Below, piece by piece: positions 38,265 through 50,689 of a stretch of DNA of 64,000 bases. Source of the DNA: Rhizodiscina lignyota (Eukaryota); the NCBI GenBank assembly GCA_010015805.1, contig ML978123.1, positions 2,356,001 to 2,420,000 on the forward strand, given 5' to 3'. The position numbers were made by a program, and so were the translations under genes. The notes under the pieces were generated by a model. The model did no database searches, was not told the origin of the DNA, and saw only the letters and a program-made list of their open reading frames with translations. Each line of letters opens with the position of its first letter. The stretch's first letter is position 1.

Positions 38265-40024
38265 ATGGGGATACCCCAGGGTTTTAAGCGCGTCTGGGGC
38301 ATACGCGTCCTATCCAGCCTCCTCCTTTTAGCCCCACTCAACACAGCCGTCCTCCTGGCAGACCGTGGTGATGTCGACATCGATGTTACGCGTACAGGAG
38401 ACTGCACACAAAAGTCGCATAGAGGCGACACCTTGAACGTCTATTACACCTTGAGGCTGAAGGATGCAGAAAGAGTCACGGAGACAAACGTCGGCACGCA
38501 ACCGTTCGAGTTTACTTTGGGGACAGGCGCAGTCATACAAGGATGGGAGATTGGACTCGAAGAGATGTGTCTGGGAGAGGAGAGACGACTGACGATACCG
38601 CCTGAATTGGCGTACGGAGCATTCGGAAGTCCCCCTGCTATTCCAGGGGGCGCAACTCTAGGTGGGCCTTGATGTTCCAAAGGACGTGGCACACGAATGG
38701 GAGCTGACGTTGACGTAGTGTTTGATACGGAACTGGTTGGACTCAACGGCGTGGCAGCACCTAGTGGAACCCCTACTGTCGGCATAGTAACTGCTCCAGC
38801 AGAACCGACGTCCTCACCTACCTCTACAGCTGCGGCCGCCGAGTCTGAGCCTTCGGACGCATTAGCTGATGCTGTACTACCCCCAGATCTCCCAGTGGTA
38901 GATGTCCCTCCGCCAATCGAATCTGTTGCAGCAGAGGTTGAAGCGGCGGACAAAGATGAAAGCGACAATGGCGAGTGTAGACTTCTTGGTCCGTTCGCCA
39001 TCTTTATTCAAGGTGCTCTCGGCGCTCTCGCTCTCCTTTCGCTTGTTTATAAAAGATGGCGCGAGACGCCTCGCCGGCCATTGAAGATTTGGTGCTTTGA
39101 TGTGTCGAAGCAGGTCCTTGGTAGCGTATTGACGCACATCCTCAACCTGCTTATGAGCATGCTTTCAAGTGGACAATTCGATGTTGCGACAGCCGTCAAA
39201 CCTGGTTCTCCATCTTCGAGGATGCTGTTTGTGCGCGCCGATCCCGGGTTCGTTCAGGACGACGCAGCACCAATGAGGGACAACCCTAATCCGTGCAGTT
39301 TCTACTTGCTCAACCTGGCGATCGATGTAAGCTTCCCATTTATACAGTAATTCTCAGGCGAACTGGTTCTGACTATACTCCATTTTAGACAACGCTTGGT
39401 ATACCAATACTGGTTCTCCTCCTCCGAATCCTCTATCACCTCTTCATGTATACTGCTCTCGCCAATCCTCCAGAATCCATTCGCTCCGGCAACTATGGGA
39501 CTCCACCTCGGTACGGATGGTGGCTTAAGCAATCCTTCATATACTTCATCGCCCTCTTCATCATGAAGCTGTGCGTCTACGCACTCTTGCAAATGCTGCC
39601 ATGGCTCGCCTGGGTCGGCGACTGGGCACTGCGATGGACAGAGGGCAACGAGGCGCTGCAGATTGCGTTCAGCATGCTGGTGTTCCCACTGATCATGAAC
39701 GCGCTGCAGTATTGGATCATCGATAATTTTATAAAGGATCCTGCTGGTGGCAGTGAAGGTGCATGGGATGGCCATGAGCAGCTGCCTCAGGAAGATGAGG
39801 ACGATGATCATAGGAGAGGTCACGATGACGACGACGATGAGGAGGAGGCTGAAGATGAGATCGAGGAGGTTGAGAATGAGGATGTCAAAGCTGTTCGCCA
39901 GACGCTGAAAGATGCGAATCCAACAGCTCTGCCGGCGTATGACGAGCATGTAGACGGACATGGCGGTGGATCAAGTAGGGGAGAGAGCAGAGGTGGATCG
40001 TCCGAAGAGGAGGTCAAAACGTGA
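38265..40024 (+). CDS. Signal peptide + FKBP-type PPIase domain + STIMATE/TMEM110 (YPL162C-like vacuolar membrane) domain; introns 38662-38718, 39327-39388
   Basis: FKBP: PFEFTLGTGAVIQGWEIGLEEMCLGEERRLTIPPELAYG...IPGGATL|VFDTELV. STIMATE-like: ECRLLGPFAIFIQG, KRWRETPRRP..IWCFDVSKQ, NPCSFYLLNLAID|TTLGIP, SGNYGTPP, MNALQYWIIDNFIK; acidic tail. Confidence 0.85.
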
Positions 40025-40424
40025 GGGCCTTGTACGAATATGGTATACTGGATGCTTTGGCTTGGGTATCTCTGGCATTGCACGCACAGGCGCAATTGGT
40101 TTCCTTTGGGTTGAAAACAAGCTACTGTAGGGAATACACAGCTTCGCTCTTGCTTGGCCAACCAATTTGGTAGACCTTTTTTCCACTCCGCTGTCATGCT
40201 CTCCTCATGTGGTCGACTTTTCCAGTTTTACTGTCACAATTTGCAGTGTCGTCCGAGGGTGCTGTTGTCAGTCGCTATAATGCGCAAGACTGTGCGACTC
40301 TTTTTGGAAGGCACACTTGTCGTATTTGCATCTCTCGCAGCTCTCAGCCTCGTTCCATCATTCAATTTTAGTATTGTGAAAGACTTCATCTGGCCTTCTG
40401 TCCACCAACAGGGCGGTGCGCAAG

Positions 40425-42582
40425 ATGACCACATGCTCGTACGATTGCAGCACGGTGAAGAAGAAATGGCAGCCTGATCCTGATATTACCGGCCTTGGAG
40501 TAAGTATCAAAACAAGACGTCCAATTTTGTCGTTGACTCTCTAATGTACCAGCCAGGTCGTTATTGGATACTCCGCAACAGCCTTCATTGCCGTCTTTAT
40601 CCTTGCGGCATACTTTATTATGGCGCACCAGCCTAAACTTGATCCCTTTCGAGATAAAAATGGAAACCCCCCTCCCTCCTCCGAAAGGGCCGTCCCATAC
40701 AAGCCAAATCCCATCGACGAACTTGCGCTTGGGTTGTTGTCGAAGATATGGGAAAGAAGACGTCGGGTTCTAGAACATCCTCAGGTCAAGAACTCGCAGC
40801 TAGAGAGAGCCCTAACCAAGGTACGGAAGGTGGAAATATGATTCAGCGCGTCGATTAGCAATCCGCTAATGCTTTAAAGTGCGTTCTGAACATGGGCGAC
40901 ATTCAAATCGTAACGGGCATCTCTCTTCTAGTTACCGGTTACTCTCAACTCCGATGCGGCCTCTCCGTTTACGATTGGCAAGTCTTGGTTTTGTTGGTCT
41001 TTTTCTCAAGTGTCACCCATCTCGCGTGCCTGAGTTTCCTCCGAAATTACCTCTACATCCGCCGTCCTCAACGCTTGTTGAGAGTAATTTGGATGAGCAT
41101 TATGGCCATTATGCTAGTGGTGGCAATGGTTCCGACGGCCAATACCGACATCCTCTCATGGATAGATGCGGTCGGTCCAGTCGATTATGATAATCCAAAC
41201 CTCTCACCTGCGGCGTATGCGATCTGCAATTTCAGAAAGCCTCTCGATACCACTTCGGAGTCCTATCCTTCCGTGGTTGTCTCTGTGTTCCTTATTGTGT
41301 TCGGTCTTTCGTCCCGGTTTTTCAGACTATACAAGATCTTATCTGTGAACCTGGTGGGCCGACTCAGGAGATTCATGAGTGATAAGGCTCAGTTTGTGCT
41401 GCGAAGGGTATACGAATGGGCCGAAGTCGAAAGTTCTCCTATCGGTCTAAGGCGAATGTTAGTTTTTCGCCCGCTGCTTGCCACCTTTGTCTCCGCTCGG
41501 GTCTTAGTAGATGCGTACGGATCCATGCTAATAGAGGTATGATAATATGTCGATGAAGGCATTGGTCTCCTGTGTGCTCACTACAAACAGGTTTGTTGGC
41601 TTCTTGTTTGCTTCACCTGGGCTATCGCCCATCTTGTTGTCCTCCTACGGGAGCGAGGCGTCTTCATCCAGACCGACTGGACATTTGGCCAAATCCTCCC
41701 TATGATCCTTCTGGCTGCTCCACTGTTGACATTTAGTTCATTCTTACAGCCTTGTAAGTCTTATTTCCTCGCAGACTGCCTCTCCGAAACCGGTCCAGCG
41801 GCAGTTTTGTGGCCCACAGACTATTGGCCAATAATGAGACAGCTGTGCTGCTGATGCTGGTGCTACTACTGAGACGAACATGATCTGATTGAGAATACAT
41901 AGTTGAGGAAAGAGAGGATCAAGAGAAATGCGGAAACGGAAATGGCTTTCGCATCCGGCCATATCGATATCAAAGCGCGGAGCTCCAGCGGTCACCGTCA
42001 CCGTCGTCCTTGATTACGGAGACCTTCCAGCCCTCCAATAGCAGGAGAGAAGTGCAGCAAGGAGCCGTCGATGACACTCCTGAGCAAAAGTTTTATCGGG
42101 ACTCGTCTTGGGCACCAAATTTCGTTTTCTTCGTCTTATTTCAGCTGTTCTCACTCTCACTCGGAGCCCTCGATATGGTTGCACTTGGTGGCCACGCAAC
42201 TAGCCTTTTCAACCTTTTCGAGGCCGAGCATGCGAATATTAAATTCACTTGGCTCATCTCCTGGCCACCTGTGGCAACGATTTTATGCCAGTACTACTTC
42301 ATTTTATTTCAGCTCGACATCGAAAGCATCAGAGCACAGTGGCCTCGTCAGCGAGCAGCATATAGAGCATGCAGCCTGCTCAATTTCCTCTGCTTCGCAA
42401 GCATGACCGCGTGGTGCACCCTTCCGTTCCTGTGGATTGTTAATCCCGACCCCAACGATGCATCCCTCAGACCCGAAGCTGTCGTGGTCGCTTGCCCTTA
42501 CGGCATTTATTTGCTAGTTCATCTTATTCTAAGGGTTTCCCGCTTCATGTATATCAAAACTACAGTCTTAGAAAAGGCCTAG
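40425..42582 (+). CDS. Fungal multi-pass membrane protein of unknown function; introns 40500-40556, 40821-40879, 41537-41590, 41754-41902
   Basis: C..DC...PDPDITGLG|VVIGY, DIQIVTGISLL, SSVTHLACL, WTFGQILPMILLAAP. Four introns splice in frame; the last acceptor is the least certain. Confidence 0.75.
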
Positions 42583-43299
42583 CTAGAATACTCGTAAATA
42601 ACTATCAGCTATGCGCGTATAATCTGTGCACGGCTAATCAAGCATCAGACATGCTCTCGGAGTGTCGAATAGCAAAACTGGAACCTGTTGCACACGTTCA
42701 ACCTTCATCAATGTCAGCTATTTTGTCACCCTCGAGACGTCTCATGCAGCTCCGAGCCCTGTGTCATTGAATAGGGTTTCGTACTTCTACACTACACAGA
42801 GGTTTACGACTGTGACTACGTTTCTCAAGAAAAGTATGTCAAAAATTAGTAATAGTCCTCTTTACTCGAACACCCCCACCATACACTAATAACACTGCCC
42901 AGTGCAATATTCACTGCGCTCTTTCGACAGTACTGGCGACTTCACATTCTCTTCCCGTGCTTCGAACCTTAGCAAACTATCGTCCTCAGGTCTTAATCAA
43001 CTTGAAGCTCTTCCGCTCAACGTATTGCAGTTCTCCGTCACGTCATTCGAGAGTGGAAAGCAAGGTTTAATATCAATTCCCGAGCTAAGGCAGGTGATAG
43101 CTCGCCCTGGATGGCAAAGCCCTTCCCGAACGTTGACGTCCGCCAGAATTGAAAAGATGAGCCGACATTAGCAGTAATAGATACTGCAAAGTTACTTGTT
43201 ATCTCATCTTGTAATTACTCTCCATTGACACGTTTGTCGGAGGTATGTACATCTCATTCAGTCTTCGTAAAGTATCATTTACGAAGCTTCTGTACAGCC

Positions 43300-44574
43300 T
43301 TAGCTCGATCCTCCAGCAAACTCGCCCCCAGTCGTGATAGTCTGCGCCAACTCCACAACATATAACCTCGTCAGCGCCAAAATCACCAACTTGTTCCCTG
43401 CAAGCGCAAAATTGGCCAAGGGAACGGGCGGCTTCCGGCTCGGGCTCAAAAGAGGATTGCTATTCACAAGACCAATGACTTTACCTGCCTCATTCCTAAT
43501 CACGATCCCCTCTCCCTCGCCCGTCCAGATGCGGCCCGCGTCATCGATATGCATGCCGTCGATGCCTCCGGCGCGTGCAAAGCCGAACAATCGTTTGTTG
43601 ACGGGACGGGCCTCCTCATCTAGATCATACAGCCAAAGTCCGGGTGATGCGAAGCCTGCTACCCCGCCGCCGTATTGCGTGGTGTTTGATGTCTCGCCGA
43701 TATAGAGCTTCGTCATCTCTTTGTTGATGCGGATGCCGTTGCAGTTGAGGATGTCGGCTCTGCCGATAATTGGAAGAAGCACCCCGGCTTGGGGATCCCA
43801 CCGCCAGACGGCATCGGGGATGTCGGGAGTTGGGCGATCGGGATATCCAAGGGCCTTTCTGCCAGTTAGAGCCGGCAGAGCAATTGTTCAGGGCTTACTT
43901 ACTGCGTAGTCCAGATCGGTCCAGAACATGTACTCCTTGCCTGCTTTGGTTTTAATCCATTGGATATCATCTGGCCCGTTGAAGCGCAGACCCATGTAGT
44001 TATTGAGTACCTGCTTGGCCTCGCCAGTATGGGGATTGACCGCGGTGATACCACCTGGATAGCTGACAGACTGATACGTCGCGAAGTATATGAGCCCATC
44101 GTAATAGTACGCGCCGTTAGGATTAATGAGCACGGACGAGATCTTAGGCTCGTAGACCTCATATGTATCAAGCTTGAGAGCGCGGACAGTCGTGGCGCCG
44201 CCGGCTTGCACAGAGCTTGTAAACCAAACTTCATTACGATCGTAGATCCAAAGTCCAGCCTCGTAGAATGGGAGTCCAGTATCAATCTCCTTGATGAGCT
44301 TCAGTTGTGGGTTGTGTCCAAAGATGTCTAAGAACTCTTGATCATAGGAGATGAAGGGAGCATTCTTAGCAGATTCAAAGAGACCGCTGAGAGAAGTCTT
44401 GTCAGAGAAGACGGTGTCAACAAAGCCTTCCGTCAGGTTTGAGAAGTATGAGTTTGGTAGAAGATATGTATATTCATATGGAATTGAGACGACTGAAGAC
44501 TTCCCATAGCTCTGAGAAGACGCTAGCTGCGCGAAAGCAGCGGAAAACGTAACGAGCACGCTACGGAGAGACAT
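43300..44574 (-). CDS. Secreted SMP-30/gluconolactonase (beta-propeller lactonohydrolase) family protein; intron about 43855-43902
   Basis: Signal-peptide-like MSLRSVLVTFSAAFAQLASS, FYEAGLW, PNGA, LNNYMGLRFNGPDD, WTDLDY, CNGI, GIDGMHIDDAGRIW. Confidence 0.85.
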
Positions 44575-45706
44575 TTTGAGGAGATCTGAGATGAACTGTG
44601 GGATACTCAACCGCGACTGCCATTCTCAGGTTATAAATTTTCGAAATTCTCCGACTTCAAGATCAGGAACCTGCTGCCATGTACCGAAGTTCCCTGCGGC
44701 CCCGCATGCTGTGATGTAAACGGGCAGAGAACTATATTGCTGCCCCGCAAAGTCGACTCTTGATGAACGTCCGTTCACGTCGACTACCTGCTTCCGAAGT
44801 CGTCGACGGAGACACGGAATTGCACGGTGCGCATATGATATGACATCCCGAGTAATGGGGAGAGGGGGATTCGACCCATCTACTCATTTACGCCGGTTAT
44901 TGTGAGTTAGGTGCTTTGCCAAGCACGAAATAGGCTTCTGGAGTTCTGCCCGTGTCTGAAACTGGAGAGATCCTTTGCCGGCAATATTCGGCAATAAGGA
45001 AAGTAGGAGTCCATCTCCTGCGATCTCCTCCTCTTAGCTTGAAAAGGCAACAAGTAGGAACAATGAGATATGTTCTCGTGCGACAAATGTGAAAGGAGGA
45101 GAATGAGGTTATATGAAGAAAAGACGGGAGACGGAAAGATATTGGCCAAAGGAGGAGAAGTCGAGATAAGGACCAATCAGAGCTAGCCCTTTTCGTATTT
45201 CGCTGAGTGATCTGTCAGCACATTATTTCTCCAGCCACGTCACAGTAGTGACTTTATTTTCACTTTTCTCCCCCTAGATGCCGAACTCTCAGTCTAAATT
45301 GCAGCTTATCACTCCGAATTAATCATCAGAAAGAAGAAAATAATATCTGGTGCCTGATATTGTCGCCCTTTAGTGTTCCAAAATAGTTCTGTCTCCATCG
45401 CAGTGGTCGAGTTTATTTCAATTCCTCCCTGAAGCGTCTGCTCGGCGTTCCAGCATTTTGACTCCAAATATCTCTGAATCATTTCCAGTATTGCAGTTAC
45501 GATAAATTAGGCGCACGTACAGCTTGAAGTCATTTTCCTCTACCGCAATCTTGAATACTCCTCGAACACGGTGTAGAGTGAGTCAGAGTCTCGTACTCCG
45601 TACTCCATTCCGAATCTTCGCGTAGCAGCCTTGGCTATTTCCACCAACAAGTTATATCATACTCAGTGCGACCTTTCTTAATTGAGTTCTTTCCTCGTGC
45701 GTCAAG

Positions 45707-46865
45707 ATGTCTATCCGCCACTTCTTCCAATGGTTTCAGCCAACAATCGACGCTTTGACTGCGCCCAACATCCCGTTCGATTTGCGCTGGCGTCTGCTCC
45801 TTCTGCAACCAATATCTCTCCTAACTTTTCTCCTTAAACATACTCCTTGGGCTCTTTCGCATGCCTATACCGTCCATTGGATTCCCACACGCGATGGCCG
45901 CTCCCTCCGAGTTATTGTTTTCCAGCCATCTCGAACCAACGAGACAGGACTCAGACCTCTTCATGTCTCTATTCATGGCGGCGCCTTCCTCGGCGGCATT
46001 GCAGAGTATAATGCTGACTTTGCCTCCATTGTCGCACAGAGAACGGGTGCTGTAGTTGTGTGTCCGCAGTATCGATGCGCTCCAGCGCACCCATTCCCTG
46101 CCGCCATCGACGACATTGACGACCTTATGAAGTGGCTTGTTCGAAACGCAGAGCAAAAATTCCACGCAAATCCCAAGATTATGACAATGAGTGGGCATAG
46201 CGCGGGCGGCAATCTTGTGTTGGCGGCGTGCCAGCAGGAGGAATTTCACGGTCAGAGCGACACAGCTGTGAAGGCGGCCGTAACATTTTACGCTGCGGTA
46301 TGTCTGTACGACAATACCTGACTATCATGCTGACACGGAGTCTAGATTGATCTCCGTCTGGAACCAAGGAACAAGCCGAAACCTCCAAACTTCCCAAAGA
46401 AGGATCCGTTGTCCTTCCTTATGCCCCTATTCAACGCATATGCAAGATTAGCTCCTCCGGGTCATGGGAACGACCCTCGTCTTCACCCCGTCATTGCAGA
46501 GCTTGAGACGCTTCCCCGCAATTTGCTTCTGATCATTGGGGAGATTGACATTCTCTTGCACGAACAACTCACGTTTGTGCAGAGATTGAAAGGTGAGATT
46601 GAGGAAGCGGAGCGCGCTGGAGGTGCGAGAGGCGAGGCTGTTCGGGGGCGGAAGGTTGAGAGTGTGCTGTACGAAAAGGGATTCCACGGTTGGCTTGAAT
46701 GTTAGTGTTTTCCCTTCGACTGCTGTTAAAGTAACTAATTATGTTCGTGAAGTGCCCAGCAGTGTTGTCGACAACAAAGCCGAAAAGGAAGATGCGTGGG
46801 GTAGAGCTGTCTCCTTGCTGAAGGAGACGCATGAGCGGTGTGGCTTTTCTTTCCCTCAACATTGA
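45707..46865 (+). CDS. HSL-family (HGGG/GxSAG) alpha/beta-hydrolase esterase; introns 46298-46345, 46701-46752
   Basis: IHGGAF, YRCAPAHPFPAAIDD, GHSAGGNL, GEIDIL, GFHGWLE|LP. Confidence 0.9.
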
Positions 46866-47050
46866 TGTCTTGTCCAGTGGTCCTATTTCTCCTCCGATCC
46901 ATCTCAATTCATGTCGTCATTTCTCCAAAGATACCCGTGCTATGCTAGTTGTACATTAAAATCTCATACTCCGATTGTATGTCAATGATAATCATCTCCA
47001 GATCAACCGACCCGAGGTTCCATGAAGATATTCACAAGCTTGTTCGTTGA

Positions 47051-48173
47051 TTATGAGCCCATCGTCCCTCTCACATCCCACACCAATAAACGTTCGTCCC
47101 ATCCACATGACGCACACCATCCCTCGGCACCGAAGAGACACCAGTCGACACCAGTCACAAACTCTGTGTGCCGTCCCATCCTGCCCATCTCTTTGCCCAT
47201 TCCGACACCACCACCACCATCTATGCCCATTGCGCCGCCATCACTCCACACCCGTGCCGTCATGTCATAACTGGCACTCAGCAGCACATCCGCCAAGTGT
47301 GGACTCCACGCTACCTTCCTTACTGCATACTCGTGCCCGACTAATTGGCATAGTGGACCCTGATGAGGCGCTCTTATGTCAAATGTCCGTATCACCCTAT
47401 CCACACCCGCCGTCGCGATAATCGAATCGCGATACTTATTCCAATCGTGTGTCAGCGCCTCCGCCGGCGGGACTCCCCTCGGTGGTGGTTGTCCCGGCAT
47501 CGCCTTTGGCGGCGCATGTATCGGCATCTTCAGGGTCAGATGGTTGCTCGCGCTCGCCGGCGTACGCAAGTCGAACACGCGCAGATGCGAGTCGGAGCTC
47601 ACAGCGCTCAGGATGCCCGGCGAATGCGGGCTCCACTGCGCGCTGTACGTGCAACTATGCGTAGGCAGCGTCAGTACGCTCTGTTGCATCTCCGGCCGAT
47701 ATATTTTGACGCAGCCATCCCAGGAAGAAGAGAGGAAGCTGTCCTTAGATACGAGGTTCCACGCGCAGGAGAACACCTCGCGCGCGTGCTCGGTCCATTG
47801 CGCTATGGGAAAAGATGGTGAGTCGGGCGGGAGGGCGATATCGAAGAGTTTCAGTGAGCCGTCACCGCTAGCAGTGAGGAGCTGTGACTCGTGGGACTCG
47901 GACCAGGCGGTGTCGAAGAGGGAGTCTTGGGTATCAAACCTGTGTGAGAGTCAGAATTTGGGTCCTGCAGGAAGTGCTCATGAGCGATGAAAGTGGCCGA
48001 GAGACAGACCATTTCTCTGCTACGATGCCATTCGGCGTCAGACCTAATATGTATAATCTGCCATTGCCTACAAGCCCGAAATTTGCGGACGCGGCAACGG
48101 CTATGCGGGAGTCGAAGAAGGGAGAATATTTGACGGAGTAGCCATTGAAGCCCTGGGTGCGAAATTCGAGCAT
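47051..48173 (-). CDS. PEX7: Peroxisomal PTS2 receptor Pex7 (WD40); intron 47940-48009
   Basis: MLEFRTQGFNGYSVKYSPFFDSRIAVAASANFGLVGNGRLYIL, SSSWDG, DWNKY, GHEYAVRKVAWSPH, HTEFVTGVDW, CGWDE. Confidence 0.97.
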
Positions 48174-48525
48174 CACGGTTACCGGATACGGAGTACACCT
48201 CCGGTCGCTAAGTTATGCTGGTAACAGGCACCTGTCGTAGCTTCATCGCTCTGTATGCGTGGCTTGTTTCGATATCAAGGACATTGTTGACTGTGAAATG
48301 GGGAGCATTTTATCCTGTCATTGGAGATATCCAGAGCATCTGAGGCGCATTTGCGGGCCGAGGTCTGACGCATAGTCACGTTTCTTCGCGCCGCATTCGC
48401 CTCGAGCTTTGGATCTGTCATCAGTGCGCATCACTAAACACGTCCACTTCAAGCTCAAGACGCGTTCTTCTGCGCCAGCTTCACGATGCCCTCGGCGAAA
48501 CTTTTGAGGAAGAAGGCGAGGCGAT
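48174..48525. promoter_or_regulatory. Bidirectional promoter PEX7 / AlkB gene with two CCGAGG/CCTCGG (FarA/FarB-type) sites and an MCB
   Basis: CCGAGG 48358-48363, CCTCGG 48490-48495, ACGCGT 48460-48465. Confidence 0.55.
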
Positions 48526-50162
48526 ATGGACGCGTTCATCTCGCGCAAGCGGCAGCACTCCACGACGGAGGAACTCGCTGAAAATGCGCCTCCGAAAGAT
48601 GCAGCTCCTACCGGCTCACAAGATGATACGGACTTCAAATTAGCGATTCTTGCCTCTCTCTGGCCTGGAGTTGGGCAACAAACCTTGTTGGAGACTCTCT
48701 TGGCGCACGATGGAAATGTTGATGCAGCGACTGCGGCACTTGTAAGGGACGAAAGTCCCTCGCCCAGGAAGAAAGCTCGTACAACTGGAGCTCCAGGTAA
48801 GTCGATTTATTTGGGATTCTATTTCTGCGCATTCAAGTTGTCCAGACCTGTGGAACGGCTGTGTCAAAGCGAACAGGACCACAAGGACGCGTTTGGGATG
48901 AACAGAAGGCCCCTCAATGATCCGCTCAGCTTAGCCACAAGTGACACAAGAGAGTGCTAACATATTCACCGTACTTCAGGCTACCAATCCAGCCTCTCGT
49001 CTTTTAACATCACCTCCACAACTTCCAGCGGCGAGACCAGAACGATCAAGCCACTCACCAAGAAAGGCCGGACGCTTCATCTCTATTCTCCTACCGACAT
49101 CGAGCAACACTGTCCTTGCACTCTGATCCATAACTTCCTTCCCCAAGATGTGGCGAATAGTCTCCTTAGAGAACTGCTGGATGAAAGCCCAACTTATACT
49201 CGCGAGACTTTTCAACTATTCGACAATGTTGTCCAGTCTCCGCACACGATATGCTTCTACGTCGATGACTATGACGAAGCAAAGCGTCAGAAGACGGAAT
49301 ACATCTACAACGGAGCCCGCGTCAAGGATGTTCGCCCTTCACTTCCACGCATGCGAGAGGTTTCTGTCATTGTGCAAGAGGCGGTGAACAGGGAAGTCGA
49401 TCGTCGCATACGAGACTTCTACCCCGGCGGGAAGAAGCTCAAATATCAGACGGAAGACCCATGGGCTCCCAATGCCGCTTTTGTGAACTGCTACGATGGT
49501 GGCCACGAGAGCGTTGGCTACCACAGCGACCAACTCACGTACCTCGGCCCTCGTGCTATCATCGGCAGTCTGAGTCTTGGGGTGGAGCGAGAGTTTCGCA
49601 TCCGTCGCGTGGTTCCGCGCGACGACGAGACTGACAGTGATGCCGATGGACGTGCAGACGCAGAGGGCCAGATTGCAATACATCTACCCCATAATTCATT
49701 GCTCGTCATGCATGCGGAGATGCAGGAGGAATGGAAACACAGCATTGCGCCGGCACAGAGCATCACAAGTCATCCCATCGCGGGGAAGAAGAGGATTAAT
49801 ATCACGTACAGGCATTATCGCGCCCATCTTCACCCGAAGCTCACCCCGCGGTGTAAGTGTGGCACACCATGTGTGCTGAGATGCGTACAGAGGAATAAAA
49901 TGACGAAGGGCCGGTATGGATCAGCTAGTTTATTCCACGATGTATTCTTCAGGTACTGACTGCTCTTAGGTACTGTTGGATGTGTCACGTCAATTACACC
50001 CCTGGGAGAGAAGGATGTGGATGGTTTGAGTGGGCGGTCTTTGATAGAGACGGGCGGCCAAGTTGGGCGGAGGGATTTAAAGGAGACGGTGTAGAGAGTG
50101 ATGATGATAGCACGAGTTTGAAGGAACGAGGGAATGTCCATAACAACGAACCGAAGCAATGA
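48526..50162 (+). CDS. CUE-like domain + AlkB-family 2OG-Fe(II) dioxygenase + GRF zinc finger protein; introns 48797-48979, 49914-49969
   Basis: CUE-like TDFKLAILASL...LLAHDGNVDAA; AlkB NCYDGGHESVGYHSD (HxD), IGSLSLG, EEWKHSI, RINITYR; GRF PRCKCG..C...GR|YCWMC...GCGWFEW. Confidence 0.9.
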
Positions 50163-50689
50163 AACGCTGATATTGGCATGATTGTTGATGATCCCTCAAT
50201 TCACATTGTGTAGGCTTGGGATCTCGACCATCGGTGCATCTTCAAGCCACCATTTTGTGCTCGCATTTCCTAGTCCTAACCATTGGATCGAACGCCACCG
50301 CGGGGCAACGGTGTCAGGATGATTGCACAGCATGCAAGTTACTATGGAACGAGATGGAATGAGGTTGGTGGCGCCCCGGGGCCGGAAATAATTTGTGCCG
50401 TCTAGTGGGCCACCTTTCACCGCGGGATCAACATTGGAGCTGTGATACTCGCGCTTAGTCGACCGTAAAGAGTCCACCTTGCTTCTTTCTCCAGGCATCG
50501 ACTGAAGAGTTTCTTAATCAACACGCCCGAACCTTCGCCATCTCTTCCACTCTCGTGCAATGTCCTCGCAATAGCTTAAAGGTGAACGCGGACTGCCTAC
50601 GTCACCTTCAGCTTCTCATCCCTCTCGACCACCGACAGCTTTCTTAGCTCCACATCACAATTCGCACAATTTTTTATTAAAGCGGCACA

